Origin: Nostoc sp.
GTDB taxonomy: Bacteria; Cyanobacteriota; Cyanobacteriia; Cyanobacteriales; Nostocaceae
NCBI GenBank assembly: GCA_036918135.1
Contig: JBALDB010000007.1
Span: forward strand, 288,001 to 352,000
Direction: 5' to 3'
DNA: 64,000 nt
The translations under genes were made by a program, and so were the position numbers. Below the pieces are notes generated by a model. It worked only from the letters and a program-made list of their open reading frames with translations. It ran no database searches and was not told the origin of the DNA. Below are positions 8,709-18,948 of the stretch, in pieces (position 1 is the stretch's first letter; each line of letters opens with the position of its first letter).

Positions 8709-10922
8709 ATGACTGCAATCACCCCGAAGGCTTCTTCAGCGCTTGCCAATTTTTCTGAAGGAATTCAATATTTTGGTGAAGCACTACCAGATTTTGAAAC
8801 TTATGGTGCAACACCTGCTATAGAATCCGGCAATGTAGCGATCGCATCTCCCACAGATCCGACAGCAGCATATCAAACTTTACTGGCTGCCGATGCCCTA
8901 CGCTATCTAACTTTGCAAGTTACTGCTAGCAAAGCCTCTGGGCATCCCGGCGGATTTGCTAGCCAAGCAGAAGCTTATGCATCTCTTGTCATGCTGGGAT
9001 ACAAGAACATTATCACGGAAGTCGGACACCACGCCCCCGGATTTTATAGCGCCATGTTCTTGGATCGTTCGCTAGAGGACATGGGAATTTTTACAGTCCA
9101 ACAGTTGCGCGATCGCTTTCGAGAAAAGCACGGACTTTTAGGACACCTTTCTGGTTACATACCTGGTATTCTCGCACCTGCGGGGCCTTTGGGACAAGGG
9201 CAACACTTTGCAATGGCGGCTGCAAAACTGCACCTCGATAAGTTATTTCCCTTCACAGTTGGCGATGGTGGATTGGGCGAACCTTATATTGTAAGTGCGA
9301 TCGCACATTTCCATACTGCTTATCCTGCTGTCACCAATTTCTTGCCGATACTGGTATGGAATGGTTATAGCCAAGAACACCACAGCATGGTTTCCCTGAA
9401 AACCAACCCAGAAATGCAAGCATATTGGCAAGGTAACGGTTTTGATGAAATCGTATTAGTGGATGCTAAGGATTTCGACGATAAAAACCAACCAGGGGAT
9501 TACGTTGATAGTACTGCCTTTTCCTTTGAAAAGCGCCTAGAATTTACCCAAGCAGTACTTTCGGGTGTAGATAAAGCAGCGCGATCGGCACTGGATGGCA
9601 AGCTGACTGTTTTTATTATTAAACAACTTAAAGGTGCAGGAGTCCACGCGCGGGGTGCAAAATCTCACAATCTTTATCCCAAAGATACGCTAAATGCGCC
9701 GCATATTGTAAGTGCATTGCAAACTCGTGCTTTATCTGCCGAGGCTTGGCAATTAGTCAGAACAAACGCCGAACGTGCAGGCGGTGGCCCCGCAGCCAAA
9801 ACAGTGGTAACAGAATTTGAATTTTCATTACCAGATTTAGGCGAATTACCTTTAGAAGAATACGCAGTAGGTGGCGAACATAAAGTTTCTACAACCGCAA
9901 TGGGACGATTGGTAGGAATAGTTGGACAGAAAGACAAAAATTTTCTCGTCACCAACGCCGATGGCAACGAAGCATCGGGAATTGCTAATATCAACCAAGC
10001 ATTAAAAATTATCCACCCCACAACCGACGATGTATATAACCAAGCACCAAACGGGCAAGTTTACGAACCTTTGAGCGAAGATGCTTGTGCGGGTTTAGCA
10101 GCTGGTTTGTCCTTAATGGGTGCGAGAACTTTGTGGTGTTCTTACGAATCTTTTGCCATCAACGGATTACCAATTTGGCAAACTGTAATCCAAGCAATGG
10201 CAGAATTGCGGCGTCCAACTCCCTCGACTATTACTTTATTCACAGCTGGTGCATTAGAGCAAGGGCGTAACGGTTGGACTCACCAACGTCCAGAAATTGA
10301 AGCTTACTTTGCTTCATTAATGCGAAATGGAAATGTTTTCCCATTATTTCCTCCCGATGCTAACAGTATCCAAGTTTGTTATGACTGGGCATTGCAAACT
10401 AAAAATAAGGGAATTGTGATTACTGCAAGTAAATCGCCATTGCCAATTCGCACCACTTTAGAACAAAGTCGCCAAGGGTTAGAAGATGGTGCGGTGGTAT
10501 TACATGAAGTCGCTGGAGATCAACAAGTTGTATTTGCTGTGATTGGCGATATGACATTAATGCCAGTATTTGAGGCGGCTGCTTTCTTAGAAAATGAAGG
10601 TATCGGTGCGAAGATAGTTTCTGTGATTAACCCCAGACGTTTATATCGTCCTCATGATACTGCTTGGGATACCTGTTCTCAACCGGATGGTGATTTCTTA
10701 GATGATGCGAAATTTGCCCAATTATTTGATGGCGATGCATTAATTGGCGTCACAGGTGGTGCAGGGGCGATGCTAGAGCCGATTTTGTTACGCAGTAAAG
10801 CCAACCGCGATACTTTTTGCTGGAAACGTGGCGAAACTACAGCCAGTGCAGGAGAGTTGATGGCGTTTAATGGATTGACTGCTGAGGCGCTGACAAAAAG
10901 AGCGATCGCGTTAGTGCATTAA
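8709..10922 (+). CDS. Phosphoketolase (TPP-dependent, transketolase-like)
   Basis: 737 aa with GHPGG, GPLGQG, TPP motif GDGG...N, YEPLSEDAC, SYESF and RNGWTHQRP. Confidence 0.88.
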   Translation: MTAITPKASSALANFSEGIQYFGEALPDFETYGATPAIESGNVAIASPTDPTAAYQTLLAADALRYLTLQVTASKASGHPGGFASQAEAYASLVMLGYKNIITEVGHHAPGFYSAMFLDRSLEDMGIFTVQQLRDRFREKHGLLGHLSGYIPGILAPAGPLGQGQHFAMAAAKLHLDKLFPFTVGDGGLGEPYIVSAIAHFHTAYPAVTNFLPILVWNGYSQEHHSMVSLKTNPEMQAYWQGNGFDEIVLVDAKDFDDKNQPGDYVDSTAFSFEKRLEFTQAVLSGVDKAARSALDGKLTVFIIKQLKGAGVHARGAKSHNLYPKDTLNAPHIVSALQTRALSAEAWQLVRTNAERAGGGPAAKTVVTEFEFSLPDLGELPLEEYAVGGEHKVSTTAMGRLVGIVGQKDKNFLVTNADGNEASGIANINQALKIIHPTTDDVYNQAPNGQVYEPLSEDACAGLAAGLSLMGARTLWCSYESFAINGLPIWQTVIQAMAELRRPTPSTITLFTAGALEQGRNGWTHQRPEIEAYFASLMRNGNVFPLFPPDANSIQVCYDWALQTKNKGIVITASKSPLPIRTTLEQSRQGLEDGAVVLHEVAGDQQVVFAVIGDMTLMPVFEAAAFLENEGIGAKIVSVINPRRLYRPHDTAWDTCSQPDGDFLDDAKFAQLFDGDALIGVTGGAGAMLEPILLRSKANRDTFCWKRGETTASAGELMAFNGLTAEALTKRAIALVH

Positions 10923-10946
10923 AACTGCGATCGTCTTTCATTTTAC

Positions 10947-10996
10947 CGCGAATATACGTATAGGAACGCTGAAAAGTTGCGGTACGTATATTTGCG
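10947..10996. repeat. Inverted repeat downstream of phosphoketolase
   Basis: cgcgaatatacgta ... tacgtatatttgcg followed by TTTT; possible terminator. Confidence 0.5.
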
Positions 10997-11090
10997 TTTT
11001 ATTATGAAAACTTCTAAGCTCGACTTTGAGATTAGTTCATAAAATAAATGTGGTTAGATCTGCTGAAATTCTTTAAGAATAACAGGTTTC

Positions 11091-11195
11091 CATGTCGCAA
11101 AAGCTGTTATTCAAGTTGCAAAAGCGGCTATTCATGTCACAAAAGCTGTTATTCAAGTTACAAAAGCTGCTATTCAAGTCATAAAAGCTAGTTTA
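11091..11195. repeat. 21-bp tandem repeat x5
   Basis: catgtcgcaaaagctgttatt / caagttgcaaaagcggctatt / catgtcacaaaagctgttatt / caagttacaaaagctgctatt / caagtcataaaagctagttta. Confidence 0.9.
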
Positions 11196-11291
11196 TGAGT
11201 TCAAAACTTGATTTATATCATGTTTACCTAAAGTGGTAAAAATATACTATAAGTTAAATCTTCAATATCTTACTCTACCTCAAATGCAATC

Positions 11292-11843
11292 ATGACTACA
11301 GATGCAGAATATCAAACAAGAATTATCACCTATGAATGGGATGATTTAATGATATTATGGGCAGAAATTAAAGCAAAAAATACTTCAAATTTTTGGGATC
11401 GAGGTAAAGCATTAGAATATTTAGTTTTACGCGCTTTCCAACTTGATGGTGCTGAGGTAGCTTGGCCTTATACTGTAAAAATTAAAGATACAATAGTAGA
11501 ACAAATTGACGGAGTGGTATATACAGACAGCCTAGCCTGTTTAATCGAATCTAAGGATGAAACTAAAGAAGTTAATATTGAACCTATAGCAAAGTTACGA
11601 AATCAACTACTACGAAGACCAGCCACAACTATTGGTAGTGTGTTTAGTCGGAGTGGATTTACAGAAGCAGCAGTAACATTAACTGGATTTGTAGCACCTC
11701 AAACTATTTTATTATGGGGAGGAAAAGAAATTGAATATTTATTAATAAATAAATGTATATGTAAATTTCTAGTTAAAAAATATCGTATTTTTGTTCAAAA
11801 TTGTATCCCTAATTACGACATTACAACGGAGATTTTTCCATGA
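11292..11843 (+). CDS. Mrr-type (PD-(D/E)xK) restriction endonuclease-like protein
   Basis: RGKALEYL...EQIDG...LIESK...SRSGFT motifs typical of Mrr_cat nucleases. Confidence 0.8.
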   Translation: MTTDAEYQTRIITYEWDDLMILWAEIKAKNTSNFWDRGKALEYLVLRAFQLDGAEVAWPYTVKIKDTIVEQIDGVVYTDSLACLIESKDETKEVNIEPIAKLRNQLLRRPATTIGSVFSRSGFTEAAVTLTGFVAPQTILLWGGKEIEYLLINKCICKFLVKKYRIFVQNCIPNYDITTEIFP

Positions 11844-12391
11844 CACTAGCATATATGATTACAGAAGGTGATACAGATATAGAAATTTTCCAGAAATTAC
11901 TGCCGAAAAATCTGAGTCAAGATATCCAATTTATAGCAGGTGAAGGTTCTTACAGAGCGCGTTCTTTAGCTAGTTCACTGCTTGCTACTCGGAAAAAACC
12001 TGTTGCTCTTGTTTTAGATGCAGATACAGATAACAAATCTCAAATATCTGAAAAACATGATTTAATTAATTATGTACTAAATCAGGCATCATCTGGAATT
12101 ACTTATCAAGTTTTTATAGCAGTTCCTGAATTGGAAATTGTATTTTTAGAAGATAAATTATTAATTGAGAAAATAGCAAAACGCCAATTCAATGATTTAG
12201 AATGGCAGTTAGCTCAAAGAAATCCTAAAGATTTTTTAAAGACAGTATTCGGAAATAATAAGCAAATAAATTCAAGAATATTTAAAAATATAAATGAAAA
12301 AGAAATTAATATATTACAACAACATCCATTAATACAAGAAATTATTAATTTCTTATTATCGCTGATTCCGTCTTCTATTTCCATGACATAA
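11840..12391 (+). CDS. Hypothetical protein with TOPRIM-like acidic motifs
   Basis: ITEGDTD, LVLDAD and PELE motifs; ATGA overlap with the upstream nuclease gene. Confidence 0.7.
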   Translation: MTLAYMITEGDTDIEIFQKLLPKNLSQDIQFIAGEGSYRARSLASSLLATRKKPVALVLDADTDNKSQISEKHDLINYVLNQASSGITYQVFIAVPELEIVFLEDKLLIEKIAKRQFNDLEWQLAQRNPKDFLKTVFGNNKQINSRIFKNINEKEINILQQHPLIQEIINFLLSLIPSSISMT

Positions 12392-12442
12392 AATGGCAAA
12401 AACTGCCATAATGTAGAAAAATAGATTTAGGAAATAAGCCTT

Positions 12443-12706
12443 GTGAAAAGTATAAATATTTCCTTACCTGACACTATGCGAGCTTATGTAGAAGAACAGG
12501 TAGCTCAAGGTGGTTACAGTAGTGTCAGCGAATATTTTCGTGAATTAGTGCGACAACATCAAAAACAGAGAGCTAGAGAACGTCTTGAAACAATGCTTCT
12601 GGAAAGATTAAACTCTGGAAATACAACAGAAATGACTGTTCAAGATTAGGAAAATATCCGTTAAACAATCCGGGAAAGAATTAACAAACATCAAGGTACA
12701 GTTTAG
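12443..12706 (+). pseudogene. ParD-family (RHH) antitoxin with premature stops
   Basis: MKSINISLPD..GGYSSVSEYFRELVR. In-frame TAG (Trp position) at 12647 and a TAA precede the apparent natural end at 12706. Confidence 0.75.
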
Positions 12707-12711
12707 CCGTG

Positions 12712-12980
12712 ATGTTTGAAGTAAAAAAAGACCTTAAGTTATCCCTAACTTAAAAGACTTAGCAACGTACATAACATAGGATAACTTAGATGTTTGAGAC
12801 CGCTTTTTAACAGCAGCCAAAGTAACATTTAAACAATTAGCAAAAACCCCGGCTAAAAGCTTAGAACTATAATTTATTCTACAAATTATCACTTTTTTAG
12901 TTTGCAACCTTTGAAAATTAAGAAAATCCATGCACTTAAAAAGAAATTATTTATAATCTATATTCAAGTCTGATTGTAAG
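12712..12980 (+). pseudogene. ParE/RelE-family toxin pseudogene
   Basis: Frameshifted, stop-interrupted RP*VIPNLKDLATYIT*DNLDV*DRFLTAAKVTFKQLAKTP directly after parD; 3' boundary approximate. Confidence 0.7.
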
Positions 12981-13029
12981 CGATCGCCCAATAACCAACT
13001 ATCATATACTTAAGATTTCATACAAGGAT

Positions 13030-13623
13030 ATGATTCCACAAACTCTAGACAAAATCACTACCATCGAAGAACAGCGGTTTCTCTTACCTGGTCATTATAC
13101 TTGGGAAGAATTTGAGAAACTTGAAGCCTTAATAGTAGATGCGCCAGGTTTGCGGATAACTTATCTTGATGGGTGTGTGGAATTAATGACTCTTGGCGAA
13201 CAACATGAAATTATAAAAAAAGTAATTGCTATATTGCTGGAAGCTTATCTATTTGAATATAGTATAAATTTTATTCCTATAGGCAGTGCTACTCGTCGGG
13301 CTAAAGAAAAGGGTGCTTCATTTGAACCTGATGAATCTTATTATTTAGGGGAAAAGAAAGAAAATCCTGATTTGGCAATTGAAGTCAATATTACTAGTGG
13401 CAGTATAGATAAACTAGAAAAGTATAGGCGGTTTAAAATTACTGAAGTCTGGTTTTGGGAAAATAATCAGATATCTGTATATCACCTAACTAATGATAAC
13501 TATGAGCAAATTTCTCAAAGCCAATTACTACCAAATTTAGATATAAATTTATTAATACGTTGTGTTTTAATGCCCTCGATAATCGAAGCTAGAACAGAGT
13601 TGCTCAAAGGAATTCGGCAGTAA
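13030..13623 (+). CDS. Uma2-family (DUF820) endonuclease-like protein
   Basis: TWEEFE, RITYLDG..ELM, EPDESY, PDLAIEV and EVWFW motifs. Confidence 0.92.
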   Translation: MIPQTLDKITTIEEQRFLLPGHYTWEEFEKLEALIVDAPGLRITYLDGCVELMTLGEQHEIIKKVIAILLEAYLFEYSINFIPIGSATRRAKEKGASFEPDESYYLGEKKENPDLAIEVNITSGSIDKLEKYRRFKITEVWFWENNQISVYHLTNDNYEQISQSQLLPNLDINLLIRCVLMPSIIEARTELLKGIRQ

Positions 13624-13687
13624 TATTTTCAGGTAAATATTGAGGAATTAGCGATTCAGCTTAAAACGTTAGCTTTTCCCATTTTTC

Positions 13688-14476
13688 TTATGACTCAGAT
13701 GTTGAGATTAATTGCTCAATCACCGACCTATCTAAGCTTGTGACCGTCGCCACCTGTTCTGTTGTCATCCCACCCGCCAGTAAGTTGCGTGCTGTTTGTA
13801 ATAACTGCAACTCTGCTTTGTCCGCTCGCTGACGTTCTTGTTCTGCTCGCTGGTTTTCGTATTCTTCGGGTGTTGGTAGTAATTCTCCCTCCAAAGTCGC
13901 CCAGCGTAACCAAGTAGCATCAATTCCTTTATAATTCCCTTGCCAACGCTGCAAGGCTAAGCCTAAAGATTCACTCACCAATTGATTGCGATCGCTGACA
14001 GCTAAAGGTTGGTAAACTCTCTGTTGGATAGAAAAACCCGCCCAATCATCCGGGTTAAACGGGTCGTACCAAAAATATTCTGGCACGCGCATTTGATTTT
14101 GATAAATCAGCTTTTTCTCGTTTTTGTCTGCGGCGGTTGTACTTTCACTAAGCAACTCAATCACAACATCCGGTGCTTTTTCTTCCTCCCAAACCACCCA
14201 ACTTTTGCGTTCGCCTTTCGGGACACCCAACACTACAAAAAAGTCTGGGCCTTTAAAGTCTTTATTTCGCACCTGCGCCAGACTGTAATAGACAAACATA
14301 TTACCGCCAACAAACCCATCTTCTCGCTGTGACAACCAAGGGATTAAGCCATCTATCAGCAAGTCCATAGCGGCTTTATGCCGTGCGCTTTCCATTGGCA
14401 CACCATCATCATAGGGGAGTTCTGTTTGGCTGGGTGGAATTTCAATCAGGGGTGCAGGTAGGATGGTTTCTGACAT
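13688..14476 (-). CDS. Uma2-family endonuclease-like protein
   Basis: DDGVPMES, PDFFVV, PDVVIELLS, VPEYFWYDP and a C-terminal RAEQERQRAD coil. Confidence 0.92.
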   Translation of the reverse strand: MSETILPAPLIEIPPSQTELPYDDGVPMESARHKAAMDLLIDGLIPWLSQREDGFVGGNMFVYYSLAQVRNKDFKGPDFFVVLGVPKGERKSWVVWEEEKAPDVVIELLSESTTAADKNEKKLIYQNQMRVPEYFWYDPFNPDDWAGFSIQQRVYQPLAVSDRNQLVSESLGLALQRWQGNYKGIDATWLRWATLEGELLPTPEEYENQRAEQERQRADKAELQLLQTARNLLAGGMTTEQVATVTSLDRSVIEQLISTSES

Positions 14477-14639
14477 AGCTGTTCACAGGGTAGCTCGCAG
14501 CGAATATGTCTATGGTACTAGAAACAATCGACAAGTTAGCGATCGCCCAATTTCTCTTTTAGTAATCAAATGTATTTGTATACTGTAAAATTAAACAATT
14601 AGTTAGGCAAACTTCCGCTACAGTCTACTAGCTATGGCA

Positions 14640-16022
14640 TCAAACTAAAGGCAACATAATTTCAAATTTAGTCCCCATACCTGGTTGAGAAGATAAATTT
14701 AATTTTCCGCCGTGTTTCACAGTTATAATTCGATAACTTACTGCTAAGCTAGTTTCTTTACCATTTTTTGTTTCTAATGAAAAAGACTCTAGAATTTGCT
14801 GTTGTAATTCTTGAGACATTCCAGGGCCGTTGTCAGCAATGCGAATTAATATCCAGCGAGAATCTGGTGCATTTGGTTTGCTTGGTTTCTGTGAAATAAC
14901 TTCTGTAGTAATCTCAATTTTGGGTTTTTGAATAGTCTTTATATCTTCTAGATGCAACTGCTGTCTCACTGCTTCATTGAGTAAAGTATCCACCGCTTCG
15001 CTTAAAATATTGATTAAAACTTGGTTTAACTGCCCTATAAAGCAATATACTGGCGGCAATTGTCCGTAAAATTTGACGATTTCAATTTCTCCTTGAATCC
15101 GGCTATTAATTAATAAAATAAGATTATCTATACAGGCATGTAAATCTATAGGTTTCGGATAAAGTTCATCGAGATGACAAAAATTTTGTAAACTGGTAAC
15201 AAGTTTTTTTAATCTTTCTGCTCCAGTGCGGATACTAGCAAGTGCTTGTAATAAATCTTCTTCTAAAAAATCAAATTCAATCTCTTCTTTAATTTGACTA
15301 ATTGTCTGGGAAGCTGAAGGTAACTCTTTATCGTAAGCCGCTATTAATTTAAGTAAGTCTTGGCTGTAATTTGAGACATAAGTTATGTTACCCCAAATAA
15401 AACCCACAGGGTCTAAAATTTCATGTACTACCCCATCTACCAAACGCCCCAGATTCGCCATTTTATCGTTTTGAATCATTTGGGCTTGGCTGCGTTCGTA
15501 TCGCACGAAATTTTTGATTCCACGAATTTGCCAAGAAATAAAATTTAATTCCTGCACATCTAATATTTTGTAAGCACCGCAAACAGTTTGCACTACAATT
15601 GGTTCTGCTAACAATTCTGGCGATCGCTTTAAACTAAGTTGCATCGCACTTAAAATCAATGTCGTATCAGCAAGCAGCAAAATCGGTGTCCGTGCATAGC
15701 CGTAAAGAAGGCCTAATGGTTGCTGAACAAATAATTCTTGTCCATAAGGGCGAATCAAAAATTCTAATAGTCGCTGCCGCGAAATCATTCCCACAAACTT
15801 TCCCTGTTCTACCAAAATTACTCCTGGTAACAGCGGATGTTTTTCCAAAAAACTAGCTACTTCCATCCCAGTGCAGCTAATTTCCACCGAGAAGTTGTAC
15901 ATTGGTAGTTCTTGGAGGGTTGAATCTAAACTCAGATCGCGATCGCTACCCTCAGACAAAAATGGCGGTGAGATTTGACAACTGAATTCTTCTGGCACTA
16001 GACACCCTAATTTTGACGACAC
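14640..16022 (-). CDS. CBS-domain sensor histidine-kinase-like protein with a degenerate ATPase domain
   Basis: CBS-like GMISR, H-box VHEILDP and ADNGPG are present; the N and G2 boxes are degenerate. Start codon uncertain. Confidence 0.85.
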   Translation of the reverse strand: MSSKLGCLVPEEFSCQISPPFLSEGSDRDLSLDSTLQELPMYNFSVEISCTGMEVASFLEKHPLLPGVILVEQGKFVGMISRQRLLEFLIRPYGQELFVQQPLGLLYGYARTPILLLADTTLILSAMQLSLKRSPELLAEPIVVQTVCGAYKILDVQELNFISWQIRGIKNFVRYERSQAQMIQNDKMANLGRLVDGVVHEILDPVGFIWGNITYVSNYSQDLLKLIAAYDKELPSASQTISQIKEEIEFDFLEEDLLQALASIRTGAERLKKLVTSLQNFCHLDELYPKPIDLHACIDNLILLINSRIQGEIEIVKFYGQLPPVYCFIGQLNQVLINILSEAVDTLLNEAVRQQLHLEDIKTIQKPKIEITTEVISQKPSKPNAPDSRWILIRIADNGPGMSQELQQQILESFSLETKNGKETSLAVSYRIITVKHGGKLNLSSQPGMGTKFEIMLPLV

Positions 16023-16191
16023 AAGTCAACAATAAGCTAATATCTTAGCCTCTGTCATTAATCAAAAGGGAGTAGGCAGTAGGGAATCAGCCTCTTCGAG
16101 TTGAATGGAAGTTTTTTGTTGCAATCAAATAGGAGTTCTAATAGTTGCCAACAAGACAAATTTTTCTAAAAATCAGCTTTGTTTGCGTAAT

Positions 16192-16296
16192 GATACCATT
16201 GACAAAAATCTTTGCAACAAATAAATCGGCTGTAGATGCGTATGGCTGTACGCCCCTACCCATACTATCTGTCACATTCTTATTTCAATTGGTATA
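16192..16296. mobile_element. MITE-like repeat with an internal REP-like palindrome
   Basis: Imperfect terminal IRs (gataccatt...aattggtata) around gtagatgcg...cgcccctac. Confidence 0.55.
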
Positions 16297-17000
16297 ACAA
16301 TGAACCATAAGTAAAACAGGAAGTGTGGGAGCAGACTTTTCACAGCAAGTTCTAAAACCTCTGTCACCACAGGGGGTGGCTGAGTAGGTGTAGGGAAAAG
16401 AAGAAAGCCTTACTACACCCCATACTCTCCACTCTCCCATTTTTGGTATCTGCTAAACTTTGCTCTTGCATTTTTAAAGTTTTTGTAGTAGAACAACCAA
16501 AGCTCAAATCACATTTTGGTAAAACTAGCCATAGCTATTGGTCATTGGTTATTGGTCATTAGTCATTAGTTACAACCAACAAAGGACAAATCACCAAGAA
16601 CGACTGACAAAGGATAGACGATTAAGAGCGATCCCCAAATGTTGAATAACTGTAAATCCTTAATGAAAATATAGCTTAGCTAATATCTGATTTCGGGAAA
16701 TTACTGTAAGTATGAACATAGGGAAAATTAAAATCATCTATGCAGCTACTTGCTCCCTGTAATCGGAACAATTTCTGAACTTAGACAATCTTATGAATGG
16801 TCATCGTCAGTAAATGCACTCAGGTAAATATCAGTATCTCCTTGAAATATAAGGCTTGTAGCGTTTAAGGGCTAGTTAAAACCGGATGACAATTTGTCAT
16901 CCAAACAAACTTTAATTTCCCGAATTGCTTTTGATCCCCATTTCGATAGAATGACTAGGCAGAATCCTAAAACTCAAAACCGCTTTTGACAGCGACGCCC

Positions 17001-18053
17001 ATGAATCAACTCAACAATGGTTTTACGCTATTTCTAAGTCTGCTAGTCGAGGCGATGCCTTTTTTGCTTCTTGGGGTTTTATTCTCCAGTTTGCTGCTGT
17101 TTTTCGTTGATGAGCGCAAATTGGTAGAAAAAATGCCCAAAAATCCGCTGTTGGGTGCTTTAGTTGGCAGTGCGATCGGCTTTTTATTTCCGGTGTGTGA
17201 GTGCGGGAATGTACCAGTAGCGCGGCGGTTCCTAATTCAAGGAGTACCCACACCAGTAGCAATTGGTTTTTTGCTAGCAGCACCAACAATTAACCCAGTT
17301 GTAATTTGGGCAACTTGGACAGCGTTTCGCGATCAGCCAGAAATAGTAGTATTACGGGTTGTATTTTCCCTATTGATTGCCACAATTGTTGGCTTTGTTT
17401 TCAGTTTTCAAAAGGACTTAAATCCTATAATCCAACCTGCGATCGCTCGGTATATGAAGTTTAATCCTCCCGCGCCGCCTGAAACCAAACGGCGTGGTAA
17501 AGGTTATCAAGTAGAACAGTCAGCAGCAGTACCGAATATCTTGCAATCAGGGACTTATATTTTAGGAGGAAAAGCAGGTTTCCCAATGCGGATAGATGCG
17601 AATTTAATACCGCCGACTATCATCTCTACTCCAAGTAAACCCCTTGCAGATAAATTGCGTCTAGTGGTAGATAACAGCATTCAAGAATTGCGGGAACTAG
17701 GCGGAGTCATGGTTTTAGGAAGTGCGATCGCCGCAGCTATTCAAGTCCTAGCGCCGCGTGAATTAATTCTCAGTTTGGGTGCTGGGCCAATTAGTTCAAT
17801 TGTAGTCATGCTGATATTAGCAGCAGTCGTGTCAATTTGTTCTACAGTTGATTCTTTCTTTGCCCTGTCTTTTGCTTCGACTTTTAGCAGTGGTTCATTA
17901 TTGGCATTTCTCGTATTTGGCCCCATGATTGACATCAAAGGTGTTGGTTTGATGTTATCAATTTTTAAGCCCAAAGCAGTCTTTTACTTATTTGCCTTAG
18001 CAGCACAATTAACATTTGTGTTGACCCTTTTCCTCAACTTACACGTATTTTAA
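17001..18053 (+). CDS. DUF318/UPF0718 permease (metal-associated)
   Basis: EAMPFLL, PVCECGNVP, APTINP, SICSTVD and FGPMIDIK motifs. Confidence 0.9.
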   Translation: MNQLNNGFTLFLSLLVEAMPFLLLGVLFSSLLLFFVDERKLVEKMPKNPLLGALVGSAIGFLFPVCECGNVPVARRFLIQGVPTPVAIGFLLAAPTINPVVIWATWTAFRDQPEIVVLRVVFSLLIATIVGFVFSFQKDLNPIIQPAIARYMKFNPPAPPETKRRGKGYQVEQSAAVPNILQSGTYILGGKAGFPMRIDANLIPPTIISTPSKPLADKLRLVVDNSIQELRELGGVMVLGSAIAAAIQVLAPRELILSLGAGPISSIVVMLILAAVVSICSTVDSFFALSFASTFSSGSLLAFLVFGPMIDIKGVGLMLSIFKPKAVFYLFALAAQLTFVLTLFLNLHVF

Positions 18054-18109
18054 ATATTCTTTGTTATTAGTCATTTGTCCGTTATCTTTTGTTCTTTATT
18101 GTTTGTAAT

Positions 18110-18168
18110 CAATGACCAATGACTAATGACTAATGACCAATGACTAATGACTAATGATCAATGACCAA
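18110..18168. repeat. STRR heptamer array (AATGACY) containing the next gene's start codon
   Basis: About 8 copies of aatgacc/aatgact. Confidence 0.85.
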
Positions 18169-18934
18169 TAAAAATCCCAAACCTCAAATCCTACATCTCT
18201 TACTCCCTTGGCTGGATGCTCTGGCGATTACAGCTTGGGGCATTTTGATGTTGAGATATTGGCTAACTAACAAGCTGAACCTGTTGATTCACCCAAATTA
18301 CATTTGGTTTGTAGTTGTGACTGGTATCAGTTTGATAATTTTTGGTTTCTTCAAAATGCTGGAACTTTGGCACCGGCGTCGTCGTGATGTCATACCAAAC
18401 ACCCAGCATATTAGTTTATTTCCTCCTGGTTGGGGTAGTGCCTTGTTGTTGATTACAGCAATTTTGGGTTTCATCTTTACACCCCAAGTTTTTGCTAGTG
18501 ACAATGCACTGCAAAGAGGTGTGACGGCAGATTTACTGGGAACCACACGCGTTAAACCCCAAGCCTTTCGGGCAACTGTACGTCCAGAGGAGCGATCGCT
18601 TGTAGAGTGGGTACGCACCCTAAATGTTTATCCAGAACCCGATACATATACAGGACAAAAAGTCAAGGTACAGGGATTTGTCATCCACCCGCCAGATTTG
18701 GGAAAAGAATATTTGTTCTTAGCACGATTTGTCTTAACTTGCTGTGCAGCAGACGCTTATCCTGTAGGATTACCTGTAAAACTTCCAAATAATCAACAGG
18801 CTTACTCTGCTGATACCTGGTTGGAAGTAGAAGGACAAATGGTAACAGCAAATTTGTCAGGAAAACGTCAACTTACGATTGCTGCTAATTCTCTGAAAAA
18901 GATTCCTCAACCACAGAATCCTTATAGTTATTAG
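18161..18934 (+). CDS. TIGR03943-family putative permease subunit
   Basis: LLIHP, GQKVKVQGFV, ARFVLTCCAADA and DTWLEVEG motifs. Confidence 0.9.
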   Translation: MTNKNPKPQILHLLLPWLDALAITAWGILMLRYWLTNKLNLLIHPNYIWFVVVTGISLIIFGFFKMLELWHRRRRDVIPNTQHISLFPPGWGSALLLITAILGFIFTPQVFASDNALQRGVTADLLGTTRVKPQAFRATVRPEERSLVEWVRTLNVYPEPDTYTGQKVKVQGFVIHPPDLGKEYLFLARFVLTCCAADAYPVGLPVKLPNNQQAYSADTWLEVEGQMVTANLSGKRQLTIAANSLKKIPQPQNPYSY

Positions 18935-18948
18935 TCATTTGTGATTAA

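Noticed and set aside
11091..11195. CRISPR array
   Set aside because: The repeats are contiguous with no unique spacers, and no cas genes are present.
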